A DNA stretch of 64,000 nt from Gordius albopunctatus (Eukaryota): assembly GCA_964276515.1 (NCBI GenBank), contig OZ193910.1, forward strand, positions 6,696,001-6,760,000. Direction: 5' to 3'. The position numbers were made by a program, and so were the translations under genes. Numbering within the stretch: the stretch's first letter is position 1; each line of letters opens with the position of its first letter. The notes under the pieces were generated by a model. The model worked only from the letters and a program-made list of their open reading frames with translations. It did not search any database and was not told the origin of the DNA. This document shows positions 1-11,744 of this stretch, one piece after another.

Positions 1-830
1 ATTAATAATTATGGTAAATAAATAAAGTGGAGTCTAATTTATCGCGTTTTAACGAAGTCCTTCTCTCTTCGTAACCTCGCCCAGCTGTAGAAAAGGCTCG
101 CTCACTGCTAGCTGATGTAGCAGGTATTGTCAAATAATTTCTAGCCAAATTGCTCAAACAAGGAAATTCACTCTGATGCATCTTCCACCATTCCAAAACT
201 TCCATACCATCAATATAATTCGTATTTAAATATTTATGTAATTCATCTTCCTCAGCTTCGTTATCTATTCTGGGCTCTTCCCAACTACTAAAATCTAAAA
301 ATTCTTCCTCCATTATATTATCTAGAAAAATAATAAGTGCTTAATGCAAATTAAAAAATTACCATGCTCGACGGCTATACTAGGCGTAACTGTATTAACC
401 GGAGGATTAGCCTTAATCCTTTCCTCCATAATTATTAAATTTCGTATATGATGACAAATGTCATCAAATTCATACCGAGGCAGCATTATTAAATTTCGAT
501 ACTTTGGATTTAATAATGCGGATAATTTATGAATAATATCAAGTTCATTGAATTTAAAAACGAAAGGGCCTTTTTGCCCAAAGTGTTAAACTCTTCGCTA
601 AAAAAGGGTTTTTTCAAACATTCGATTAGTCTGTAATAGCATAAGAGTACCATGTTAATTGTCGGCTTTGCATCAGCCTCCAATTCATCACTAGCGGTTT
701 TAAATGGCTTCTGAAATTTTATTAGGCTTTTAACTATTTCTATATCGATATTCTCTATAATTGCCGAATCACCCCGTGATTGCAAAACAGCCGATATATT
801 ATTATATTGGTTGTATTAGGGTTTAAAAAC
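1..830 (-). mobile_element. hAT (hobo/Hermes-like) transposase 3' remnant, copy 1; continues beyond the window start
   Basis: hAT dimerisation domain (VLEWWKMHQSEFPCLSNLARNYLTIPATSASSERAFSTAG) and upstream PFKTASDELEADAKPT. Frameshift near 540 (other frame reads IHKLSALLNPKYRNL). A 41-nt GT-AG intron at 322-362. Confidence 0.9.
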
Positions 831-994
831 ACGCAACGCGTCTAAATCAAAAACTTAAAATCAAACAAATAAATATATGGGGGGTAGTAAAATTCTAAAT
901 ATTTATTTGTAGGGGGATTATTGTCGGGCTGTCCCATCAGGCCCGATCCAAGCCCGAGGCCCGATCAATGTTTTAAAATTTGCACGAGCCCGGA

Positions 995-1325
995 GGCGGG
1001 CCATGTGTACCTTTCTTATTTTTTACATTTGTGCGACCTCAATGCTCTTTCCCGTCTACGTTCCCACATTCCAGCACGTTATTCGCATTTTTTCCGCAAC
1101 TAATTTCCTTAACCACCTTTGTTGCGAGTTGGGCAGTAACCCTAGTGTATTTCTCACATTGCACGTGCAGGGTATGCACTGCGCGTTGTTTGTGGAGGAC
1201 GCCCTAGCATTCTCTCGTAAAATCTTGTTTGGAACTATCATGATTTTGGAGTTGGTTAGCCAGTTTCCGACCTGACGCCAACCCTCCACTTCTTGCACAC
1301 AGACTTGGGACCGTCGTAGCTAGTG
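995..1325 (-). mobile_element. RTE-clade non-LTR retrotransposon 5' end fragment (5' UTR and start of the AP endonuclease)
   Basis: MRITCWNVGT*TGKSIEVAQM resembles the RTE endonuclease N-terminus. The upstream CGGTCCCAAG...GGAGGGTTGG motif resembles RTE 5' UTRs. Second copy at ~10012-10342. Confidence 0.7.
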
Positions 1326-1602
1326 TTCTAGTTTGTCTACCTATTGATTATCACTAACAAACAACAAACTTTTTGATGGTAGCTTAAATTGGGGGGGGGT
1401 GGCTATTGAGTGAAATTTTGCTAGCACGCCTGGTAACAAGTCAATGGTTTACCATTATTTAGATTTGGTGGGATTAAAATGGATGGCACTGAGTTTCTTT
1501 GGATCAAAAAAAATTCCATGCTCATAGCATGTCTTAGCCCCCATAAGATTCATTTAAATAAAAATTTCTTCCTCTGGCACATCAAAATCATTATTTTACA
1601 TT

Positions 1603-2711
1603 TGTGGTGTTGCGTCCTATACCTCGCGGAGGTGTTGCGTCAATTAACTTAATTGTCTCATTTACATTACCTTACTACTTCACGACGTTTAATTGACCAA
1701 TCAAGCATACACCACTAAACTTGATTGATTTATTCAATTAATTCACGAGTATATAAAAGGAGTTTAAAACTCTTTTTACTCACTTTCTTTGCTTCCAACG
1801 ATTTAATTTATATTATACAATAAAGTAATTATACTTTATCCTAATTAATAAACTAGCCCGAAATTGGTGACCCCGCTCGGGGGAGCCCATTTTTTTTAAA
1901 CTCCCCCTGAATGCGCCTTTAAACAACAACAACGTCTGCCGAACGCCCAACCAATGTTTTGCGCATGGCCCATCACAAAAACTATAACACCACATGGCCT
2001 CTTGCAACAAGCAAAGACTACGTTCAGGAAACGATAACACCACATGGTCTCTTGCAACGAGCAAAGACTACGTTCGGCAAAACGATAACGCCACATGGCC
2101 TCTTGCAACGAGCAAAGACTACGTTCGGCAAAGCGATACCACGACATGGTCTCTTGCAACGAGCAAAGACTACGTTCGACAAAACGAACAACCTACTACC
2201 AATGTTCTCACCACCGCTTACCGGTTTAGTTGATGACCGATTGCAATTCCAATATTCTGCCCGCGGCATGGATCTTATTAATATATTGGATAGCATCACA
2301 ACAACATACACGCGACTCACACCTCGGTCACCTCACTAACAACCACGGTAGGCGGAGACAAAACTGGCTGGTAGTACGAACATCCTTTACACATACTTTA
2401 CATCAACCAAAAAAAATTTTTTTTTAATTTTAAGTAACGCTCCACGTCTACGAAGGAGACTATTTGTGGTGTTGCGTCCTATACCTCGCGGAGGTGTTGC
2501 GTCAATTAACTTAATTGTCTCATTTACATTACCTTACTACTTCACGACGTTTAATTGACCAATCAAGCATACACCACTAAACTTGATTGATTTATTCAAT
2601 TAATTCACGAGTATATAAAAGGAGTTTAAAACTCTTTTTACTCACTTACTTTTCTTCCAACGATAAAATAAAGTAATTATACTTTATCCTAATTAATAAA
2701 CTAGCCCGAAA
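1603..2711 (+). mobile_element. Miniature non-autonomous LTR retrotransposon (TRIM), copy 1
   Basis: LTRs at 1603-1863 and 2465-2711 (TG...CCCGAAA), 4-bp TSD CATT, PBS TGGTGACCCCG (tRNA-Trp-type) at 1865, weak purine tract before the 3' LTR, no pol. Confidence 0.9.
1991..2190 (+). repeat. Four ~51-bp tandem repeats inside the TRIM
   Basis: CACATGGYCTCTTGCAACRAGCAAAGACTACGTTC... repeated at 1991, 2041, 2092 and 2143. Confidence 0.95.
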
Positions 2712-4499
2712 CATTAACACTTAAAAAAGGTATTAATCGAATAAATAAACATTGATTGCCCATTACATTTTTTTCCAATTATATCAAATAAAATTTTTAT
2801 TTTTCCGACAAATCAAAGTTCACTTTATAAAAATTCCTTTGATAATTAATAGCACTTGACACAATAGTTTAATAATAATTAAATATCTCAATAAATTATT
2901 ATGGTGATGGTTGAAATGATAATGATGATCAATATAGGAAAATTATTGATCCAAAGCCTCTATTATTAGTTAAGTTTAGTGAATATTAAACTGTTTTGAG
3001 AAGAACTTCCCATTAGAAAAATATCAATAATAGTTAAAAATATTGAATAACAGTTTTTAATTTAGTCGCCTTAATTTAAATAATTTTAAAAAGGTAACAA
3101 AACCAAAAAATTGGCTAATTATGCGTTAAATATTTCCATTTAAAGATATAACTGTGCTGATTATCTAATTTTTAACAGAATTTTCTTCAGAGGTAGATGA
3201 GGGGAATAAATACCATCTTTGGGTAAATTTTAATGATTCACATGTATGATGCAAATCTTAAAAAAAATTTACCCACCTCCCCCCCCCCCAACATGGAGCG
3301 GATTATCTGAAAGAAGCGATATTTATAATGGAATAGGAAATTTTATTTAATTAAAATTATTGTAGGGGAAATTAAGGAGCGCCAGTGCCTTTAGAGAATC
3401 TGTTCTGTAGTAGCGAAGCTGCCATACACCATTAGAAAACTATAGTTTGTGAGAAATATTTGAAAAATAATCCTCGTTCCCATAAAGATCCTATTTATTA
3501 ATTTTATTTTGGTTTGTATAAAGTCATTTAAGCATTTCATCCTATACCTTAACATTATATCTAAAAAATAAACTTCGTTATATTTTCTAACATTTTAATA
3601 TATTGAATTTTTCATATATAAATCACAGAATCATAAATTGGTTAGAAGATTAATTTAGTTTTTCACACCCAAAAATCAGAAACTGAATAAAAAATTCAAA
3701 AAACCACTATAATTATCTGAATATTTTATTAAATCTTTCGTCTTACCTGAAAAGCATAAAAACTGCAAGAGAAAGCGTTGCAAGAGAGCTCAAAGTTTGG
3801 GATCTTTGAAAGCTCACATCTTTGAATTTAGTTTTGTCCTTCTTGAAATATATTTTGTTCAGCTATTAAGGTTTTTAGAATATTAATTAAATAGTTCTTA
3901 TAAAAAACAAAGAAATTTTGAAACTGTCGTATCCGTAGATACTCGTATATTTAAATTAGCCCCCCCCCCCATGTCCTCTTATACAAAAGTTAAGGATTTC
4001 CCCCCAACCCCTTGTAAAACTTCTTATCTCATACATACTTATTAGATTATCTTACACGCTGGAAAACATCTGCTGTATATGATTTTAATATCAATCATAG
4101 CGTAATACTGAACCTTACTACTTCATATGTGGTACTTTTCCTTTAAATTTAATTTCCAGTACGTGTGTTTTACTCATGTCTTATTTTTTCCTTCCTCCCA
4201 CCCCACGCGCTTATACATATTTTTTATTTCTTCCCCATTGATCAACACGAACACGCACCATTGAATTTGATACACAACATAGTGTATCGAGAGTTGTTTG
4301 ATTTTTCATTCATTCGATAATTATTTTAATTCTGTGATTTTTTACGCAGTATTTAGTATAATAAAGATGTAGAGAAAATAATAGAAGTAAGTCTCCTTTT
4401 GGGGAAGGCAAGGTTTATCCTTTCCCGGCCCAATATATCCTGATATATCCCACTATCCTCCATAATTCTCCCAATATATTCCTGATATACCTTCAAATC

Positions 4500-6230
4500 T
4501 TAAATCATATCCTTAGGACGCTAAAATGACATCTTAAGGATATAAAATTGATCATACCAATTGGGCTTAGGAAACAAGTATTAGAACTGTTGCATGCAAG
4601 CCATTTTGGAATCGTTAAAATGAAACAAATTGCACGAGATTACGTATGGTGGCCTAAAATTACAAAGGATATTAATGCTTTGGTTAGGCTTTGCGAATTG
4701 TGTAAAATTAACGTAGCTATGCCGCGAAAAGATAAAAGCGCGACTTGGACACGTCCAAAAGGACCATGGAGTCGTATTCATTCATATAGACTTTTTCGAA
4801 TTCAATAAAAATCGTTTTATTTTGATCGTTGACGCCTTTTCAGGATGGACGGAATTCAAAAATGTTTCTAAAATAACGAGTAAAGTGACTATAAATATTT
4901 TGTAGGAATTAATAGGCGCTTATGGTTTCCCCAAAATTATCCAATTTTGTTTTAAATATAAAATTAATCATTTGTTGACTCCCCCATATCATCCTAGCTC
5001 AAATGGGAATGTAGAAAAGTAGGTAGGTATTGTTAAAAAATGGTTGAACGTAGATAAAATAACCAAGGACGGAACGTGGTTGTCTCAATTCTATCACAAT
5101 ATGTCGCCACGGTATCCTAATCGTGCTCCGGTTAGCTATGAGTTTTTAAATCGTAAATTAAGGTAGCCACCCAATTTTTTAAAGTTCACTGAGCACCAAA
5201 CATTGCCCAGTCATAGTGTGCCAAAGTTTACGGTAAACCAAAGAGTTTTGTATCGAAACTATTTGGGTAGACCTAAATGGGTGTTAGGTGTAATTCTATA
5301 AAGTTAAGGACTTTAATGAAAATAAATTTGAAATTAGGCACGTGGGACAATTAAAATTGTTTGATGCTATATAATTATGTTCAACATTTATTTCTATTTA
5401 GATGAGGATAAATGCAGCATGGTGCGACGTGGAGTTGGAAGTGACATCCGCGGCATCTAGGAACGAAAGGGTTCCGGTATTCATTTTAATAAAAGTGGAA
5501 ACGGACGGGAGGTCAAGGCTATTGAACTTGATGCATTCTCTGGGTCCGCCAGGGAGGTCATATACGCAACGCCCAAGATCTCCAAGACGACCAAGACAGG
5601 AGGGGGCTGCGGTCGGAAGAAACGGAGATTCGAGAGCGGAGCAACGACGAAATGTGTCGGGAAATCAACCGTTGCTCCGGCCTCCAATTTTGAAAAGAAA
5701 GAAGTGTTGGGGGTGTAATGCCAAACACTTGCCCCAATGTGCTTCAAAACAAAAACTGGATCGGGAAAGGCAACTCAACCCAAAGATGGCGCAGAGCTGG
5801 AGTCCAGGGTGACTATGGATACCCTGACTTTGGACAGCCCAAGGTCCGGACCTCTTCTCAATAAAATGGAAAGGTGTGGTATACGTGTATACCACGTTAC
5901 CATGTGTTAGTATACCACGTTTTAATGTCCGCGGTATACTTTGATCTTACTTAGATTTATTTTATTAATGATAATATAAAAGGGTTAAGGAACGGTTCTG
6001 CAATCCTTATAATTAAAAAAAGGAATTGGTCAAAGGAAGGCACTTTTACCGCGAGTTAACCTAGACGCGGAAGTGGCAATATTATAATTTTACCGTCGCA
6101 AATCATTTTAATTGTAAATCCCCCTTTTATTGTTGTATATAATTATTCGTATAAATTATTACGTCTGTAGTTATTTATTCGCGTTAATAAAGTAAATTCC
6201 TATTTTTCTTGGTAAAGTTTTTAAAATTCC
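4500..6230 (+). mobile_element. Decayed Gypsy 3' portion (integrase, purine tract, probable 3' LTR), copy 1
   Basis: Integrase zinc-binding motif LHASHFGIVKMKQIARDYVWWP...CELC and stop-ridden core (TPPYHPSSNG). Purine tract ATGGAAAGG, then TGTGGT at 5875. LTR right end not determined. Confidence 0.8.
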
Positions 6231-7080
6231 CACCTACTCGTTTTATCAATTTAATTAGATCACTTTGAACTAGAAGAATATTTCCTAATTATATTATTCG
6301 AATTAACGAATATCAATGATTAACTAAGTATAAATCTAATACTTCAGATGAATAATTTATTAATAAATAATGTTTAAAAACAGAAAAAAGGAATAACGAA
6401 TGCATTTTTTTCCTCAAAAAACTTTAAAACCTTTTTCATTGAATTTGTCTAAAAATCAAGATAAATTCTGGTGCTTGCTTTTAGCTTCTAAGGAATCTAT
6501 TCATATAAAATTTTTATCTTTTTAATTTATTATAAAATACTTGTAAATTCAATTTTCACTTTATTTTTATTTGATTGGTCAATAAATATACAATGGTAAC
6601 ACAAAGTAAATAACTAAATCATAAAAAACGCCAATGCTTATAGTAACCTAATTAATTAGATTATATAGAACAAAGATTTTTACATCCGGAAAAAATTGAA
6701 TAATTGGGATAAAAGAAATGGGATTAGGTCATACGAATATAAATCATAACAGAATTCTAGGCGCCATTTTATAGGAGATTTAGGGATTTTAGAGTATTTT
6801 GCGTCGGGCAGAATGCTAGGTGTCCGTCCTCAACGGAATTGGCGTATAGCGTCTGAAAGGGAGTAAGTAAACCGAAAACGCGATAATGAAACTGTTTCGA
6901 GCTGTATCATTACTACCAACAATCAAAAAGTTAAATATTCCACGTAATGCGTCATCGATTACGACAAAATACACACATTTCGATGCTCTCGCGTAAATTT
7001 TAAGTGATAAAATATGGGTGGGAAATAAAAAAGTAAGAATCTTGCCTGATTTATAAGCACAATTTTCGCTTTAAATCTAC

Positions 7081-7199
7081 GGTTACGACCATATCACGTT
7101 GAAAAAACCGGTTCCCTTCCGAACACCGAAGTTAAGCAACGTTGAGCCCGGTTAGTACTTGGATGGGTGACCGCTTGGGAATCCCGGGTGTTGTAACCT
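7081..7199 (+). rRNA. 5S rRNA gene, copy 1
   Basis: GGTTACGACCATATCACGTTGAA...AGTTAAGCAACG (A box)...TGGATGGGTGACC (C box)...TTGTAACC followed by an oligo-T terminator. The two ends pair as helix I. Confidence 0.97.
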
Positions 7200-7618
7200 T
7201 TTTAAATATTTTTTTGAATCCAGTTACGATCAAGGGCGATCCTTAGCACATAGGGGACGCCGTAGGAATACATTTGTGAATTAATTTTTAATTCTACGCG
7301 CCATTTTAAGGGAGATTTAGGGATTTTAGAGTATTTTGCGTCGGGCAGAATGCTAGGTGTCCGCCCTCAACGGAATTGGCGTAGTGGCGTCTGAAAGGGA
7401 GTAAGTAAACCGAGAACGCGATAATGAAACTGTTTCGAGCTGTATAATTACTAGCAAAAATCAAAAAGTTAAATATTCCACGTATTGCGTCACGGATTAC
7501 GACAAAATACACACATTTCGATGCTCTCGCGTAAATTTTAAGTGATAAAATATGGGTGGGAAATAAAAAAGTAAGAATCTTGCCTGATTTATAAGCACAA
7601 TTTTCGCTTTAAATCTAC

Positions 7619-7737
7619 GGTTACGACCATATCACGTTGAAAAAACCGGTACCCTTCCGAACACCGAAGTTAAGCAACGTTGAGCCCGGTTAGTACTTGG
7701 ATGGGTGACCGCTTGGGAATCCCGGGTGTTGTAACCT
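7619..7737 (+). rRNA. 5S rRNA gene, copy 2
   Basis: Same as copy 1 with one substitution (CCGGTACCC). Period 538 bp. Confidence 0.97.
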
Positions 7738-8155
7738 TTTTAAATATTTTTTTGAATCCAGTTACGATCAAGTGCCATCCTTAGCACATAGGGGACGCCG
7801 TAGGAATACATTTGTGAATTAATTTTTAATTCTAGGCGCCATTTTATAGGAGATTTAGGGATTTTAGAGTATTTTGCGTCGGGCAGAATGCTAGGTGTCC
7901 GTCCTCAACGGAATTGGCGTATAGCGTCTGAAAGGGAGTAAGTAAACCGAAAACGCGATAATGAAACTGTTTCGAGCTGTATCATTACTACCAACAATCA
8001 AAAAGTTAAATATTCCACGTAATGCGTCATCGATTACGACAAAATACACACATTTCGATGCTCTCGCGTAAATTTTAAGTGATAAAATATGGGTGGGAAA
8101 TAAAAAAGTAAGAATCTTGCCTGATTTATAAGCACAATTTTCGCTTTAAATCTAC

Positions 8156-8274
8156 GGTTACGACCATATCACGTTGAAAAAACCGGTTCCCTTCCGAACA
8201 CCGAAGTTAAGCAACGTTGAGCCCGGTTAGTACTTGGATGGGTGACCGCTTGGGAATCCCGGGTGTTGTAACCT
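8156..8274 (+). rRNA. 5S rRNA gene, copy 3
   Basis: Matches copy 1. Period 537 bp. Confidence 0.97.
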
Positions 8275-8683
8275 TTTTAAATATTTTTTTGTATCCAGTT
8301 ACGATCAGGAGCGATCCTTAGCACATAGGGGACGCCGTAGGAATACATTTGTGAATTAATTTTTAATTCTACGCGCCATTTTAAGGGAGATTTAGGGATT
8401 TTAGAGTATTTTGCGTCGGGCAGAATGCTAGGTGTCCGCCCTCAACGGAATTGGCGTAGTGGCGTCTGAAAGGGAGTAAGTAAACCGAGAACGCGATAAT
8501 GAAACTGTTTCGAGCTGTATAATTACTACCAACAATCAAAAAGTTTAATATTTCACGTATTGCGTCACCGATTACGACAAAATACACACATTTCGATGCT
8601 CTCCCGTCAATTTTAAATGGGTGGGAAATAAAAAAGTAAAATTCTTGCCTGATTTATAAGCACAATTTTCGCTTTAAATCTAC

Positions 8684-8789
8684 GGTTACGACCATATCAC
8701 GTTGAAAACACCGCTTCCCTTCCGAACACCGAAGTGAGCCCGGTTAGTACTTGGATGGGTGACCGCTTGGGAATCCAGGGTGTTGTAAC
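8684..8789 (+). pseudogene. 5S rRNA pseudogene
   Basis: 11-nt deletion (TAAGCAACGTT) through the A box, three substitutions, and the terminator replaced by a hAT terminus. Confidence 0.92.
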
Positions 8790-9850
8790 TAGAGCCCTGC
8801 AAAATTGAATTTTATCGCACCGAGCCCGACCCGAGCCTGAAACATTTTTTTATTTTTTGCCCGAGCCCGACCCGAGCCCGAATTGTTTTTTTTCAGTCAG
8901 GCCCGACCCGAGCACGAGCCCGCCCCGACTTTTGTAAAAATCTAAATTTGTACCTATTTTATTTTAAAAATTTATTTATAAATATATTACGTATCGCGAA
9001 TATTATGTGATTTAAAATATTAATAATTATGGTAAATAAATAAAGTGGAGTCTAATTTATCGCGTTTTAACGAAGTCCTTCTCTCTTCGTAACCTCGCCC
9101 AGCTGTAGAAAAGGCTCGCTCACTGCTAGCTGATGTAGCAGGTATTGTCAAATAATTTCTAGCCAAATTGCTCAAACAAGGAAATTCACTCTGATGCATC
9201 TTCCACCATTCCAAAACTTCCATACCATCAATATAATTCGTATTTAAATATTTATGTAATTCATCTTCCTCAGCTTCGTTATCTATTCTGGGCTCTTCCC
9301 AACTACTAAAATCTAAAAATTCTTCCTCCATTATATTATCTAGAAAAATAATAAGTGCTTAATGCAAATTAAAAAATTACCATGCTCGACGGCTATACTA
9401 GGCGTAACTGTATTAACCGGAGGATTAGCCTTAATCCTTTCCTCCATAATTATTAAATTTCGTATATGATGACAAATGTCATCAAATTCATACCGAGGCA
9501 GCATTATTAAATTTCGATACTTTGGATTTAATAATGCGGATAATTTATGAATAATATCAAGTTCATTGAATTTAAAAACGAAAGGGCCTTTTTGCCCAAA
9601 GTGTTAAACTCTTCGCTAAAAAAGGGTTTTTTCAAACATTCGATTAGTCTGTAATAGCATAAGAGTACCATGTTAATTGTCGGCTTTGCATCAGCCTCCA
9701 ATTCATCACTAGCGGTTTTAAATGGCTTCTGAAATTTTATTAGGCTTTTAACTATTTCTATATCGATATTCTCTATAATTGCCGAATCACCCCGTGATTG
9801 CAAAACAGCCGATATATTATTATATTGGTTGTATTAGGGTTTAAAAACAC
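8790..9850 (-). mobile_element. hAT (hobo/Hermes-like) remnant, copy 2, with 3' TIR
   Basis: Terminus TAGAGCCCTGCA (compare hobo CAGAGAACTGCA), GAGCCCGACCC subterminal repeats at 8820-8930, transposase C-terminus at 9020-9803. The opposite TIR was not found. Confidence 0.9.
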
Positions 9851-10620
9851 GCAACGCGTCTAAATCAAAAACTTAAAATCAAACAAATAAATATATGGGG
9901 GTAGTAAAATTCTAAATATTTATTTGTAGGGGGATTATTGTCGGGCTGTCCCATCAGGCCCGATCCAAGCCCGAGGCCCGATCAATGTTTTAAAATTTGC
10001 ACGAGCCCGGAGGCGGGCCATGTGTACCTTTCTTATTTTTTGCATTTGTGCGACCTCAATGCTCTTTCCCGTCTACGTTCCCACATTCCAGCACGTTATT
10101 CGCATTTTTTCCGCAACTAATTTCCTTAACCACCTTTGTTGCGAGTTGGGCAGTAACCCTAGTGTATTTCTCACATTGCACGTGCAGGGTATGCACTGCG
10201 CGTTGTTTGTGGAGGACGCCCTAGCATTCTCTCGTAAAATCTTGTTTGGAACTATCATGATTTTGGAGTTGGTTAGCCAGTTTCCGACCTGACGCCAACC
10301 CTCCACTTCTTGCACACAGACTTGGGACCGTCGTAGCTAGTGTTCTAGTTTGTCTACCTATTGATTATCACTAACAAACAACAAACTTTTTGATGGTAGC
10401 TTAAATTGGGGGGGGGGTGGCTATTGAGTGAAATTTTGCTAGCACGCCTGGTAACAAGTCAGTGGTTTACCATTATTTAGATTTGGTGGGATTAAAATGG
10501 ATGGCACTGAGTTTCTTTGGATCAAAAAAAATTCCATGCTCATAGCATGTCTTAGCCCCCATAAGATTCATTTAAATAAAAATTTCTTCCTCTGGCACAT
10601 CAAAATCATTATTTTACATT

Positions 10621-11744
10621 TGTGGTGTTGCGTCCTATACCTCGCGGAGGTGTTGCGTCAATTAACTTAATTGTCTCATTTACATTACCTTACTACTTCA
10701 CGACGTTTAATTGACCAATCAAGCATACACCACTAAACTTGATTGATTTATTCAATTAATTCACGAGTATATAAAAGGAGTTTAAAACTCTTTTTACTCA
10801 CTTTCTTTGCTTCCAACGATTTAATTTATATTATACAATAAAGTAATTATACTTTATCCTAATTAATAAACTAGCCCGAAATTGGTGACCCCGCTCGGGG
10901 GAGCCCATTTTTTTTTAAACTCCCCCTGAATGCGCCTTTAAACAACAACAACGTCTGCCGAACGCCCAACCAATGTTTTGCGCATGGCCCATAACAAAAA
11001 CTATAACACCACATGGCCTCTTGCAACAAGCAAAGACTACGTTCAGGAAACGATAACACCACATGGTCTCTTGCAACGAGCAAAGACTACGTTCGGCAAA
11101 ACGATAACGCCACATGGCCTCTTGCAACGAGCAAAGACTACGTTCGGCAAAGCGATACCACGACATGGTCTCTTGCAACGAGCAAAGACTACGTTCGACA
11201 AAACGAACAACCTACTACCAATGTTCTCACCACCGCTTACCGGTTTAGTTGATGACCGATTGCAATTCCAATATTCTGCCCGCGGCATGGATCTTATTAA
11301 TATATTGGATAGCATCACAACAACATACACGCGACTCACACCTCGGTCACCTCACTAACAACCACGGTAGGCGGAGACAAAACTGGCTGGTAGTACGAAC
11401 ATCCTTTACACATACTTTACATCAACCAAAAAAAAAATTTTTTTAATTTTAAGTAACGCTCCACGTCTACGAAGGAGACTATTTGTGGTGTTGCGTCCTA
11501 TACCTCGCGGAGGTGTTGCGTCAATTAACTTAATTGTCTCATTTACATTACCTTACTACTTCACGACGTTTAATTGACCAATCAAGCATACACCACTAAA
11601 CTTGATTGATTTATTCAATTAATTCACGAGTATATAAAAGGAGTTTAAAACTCTTTTTACTCACTTACTTTTCTTCCAACGATTTAATTTATATTATAAA
11701 ATAAAGTAATTATACTTTATCCTAATTAATAAACTAGCCCGAAA
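10621..11744 (+). mobile_element. TRIM, copy 2 (produced by the segmental duplication)
   Basis: Same LTRs, PBS, CATT TSD and flanks as 1603-2711. Its 3' LTR retains ~14 nt that are deleted in copy 1. Confidence 0.9.

Noticed and set aside
1991..2190. Regularly spaced repeats resembling a CRISPR array
   Set aside because: The units are contiguous tandem copies with no unique spacers, lie inside an LTR element in eukaryotic DNA, and no cas genes are present.
7081..7199. Taxonomic assignment from the 5S sequence (5' part resembles nematode 5S as I recall it)
   Set aside because: Too short and compared only from memory. A database search is needed, so no species or phylum is claimed.
7306..8587. 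Two similar 68-aa minus-strand ORFs
   Set aside because: Chance frames in B-type 5S spacers, broken in A-type spacers.
6753..8683. Spliced-leader RNA or snRNA gene in the 5S spacer, as in nematode 5S/SL1 repeats
   Set aside because: No GGTTTAATTACCCAAGTTTGAG or convincing leader/donor/Sm-site arrangement was seen on either strand. A divergent SL cannot be excluded without a covariance search.
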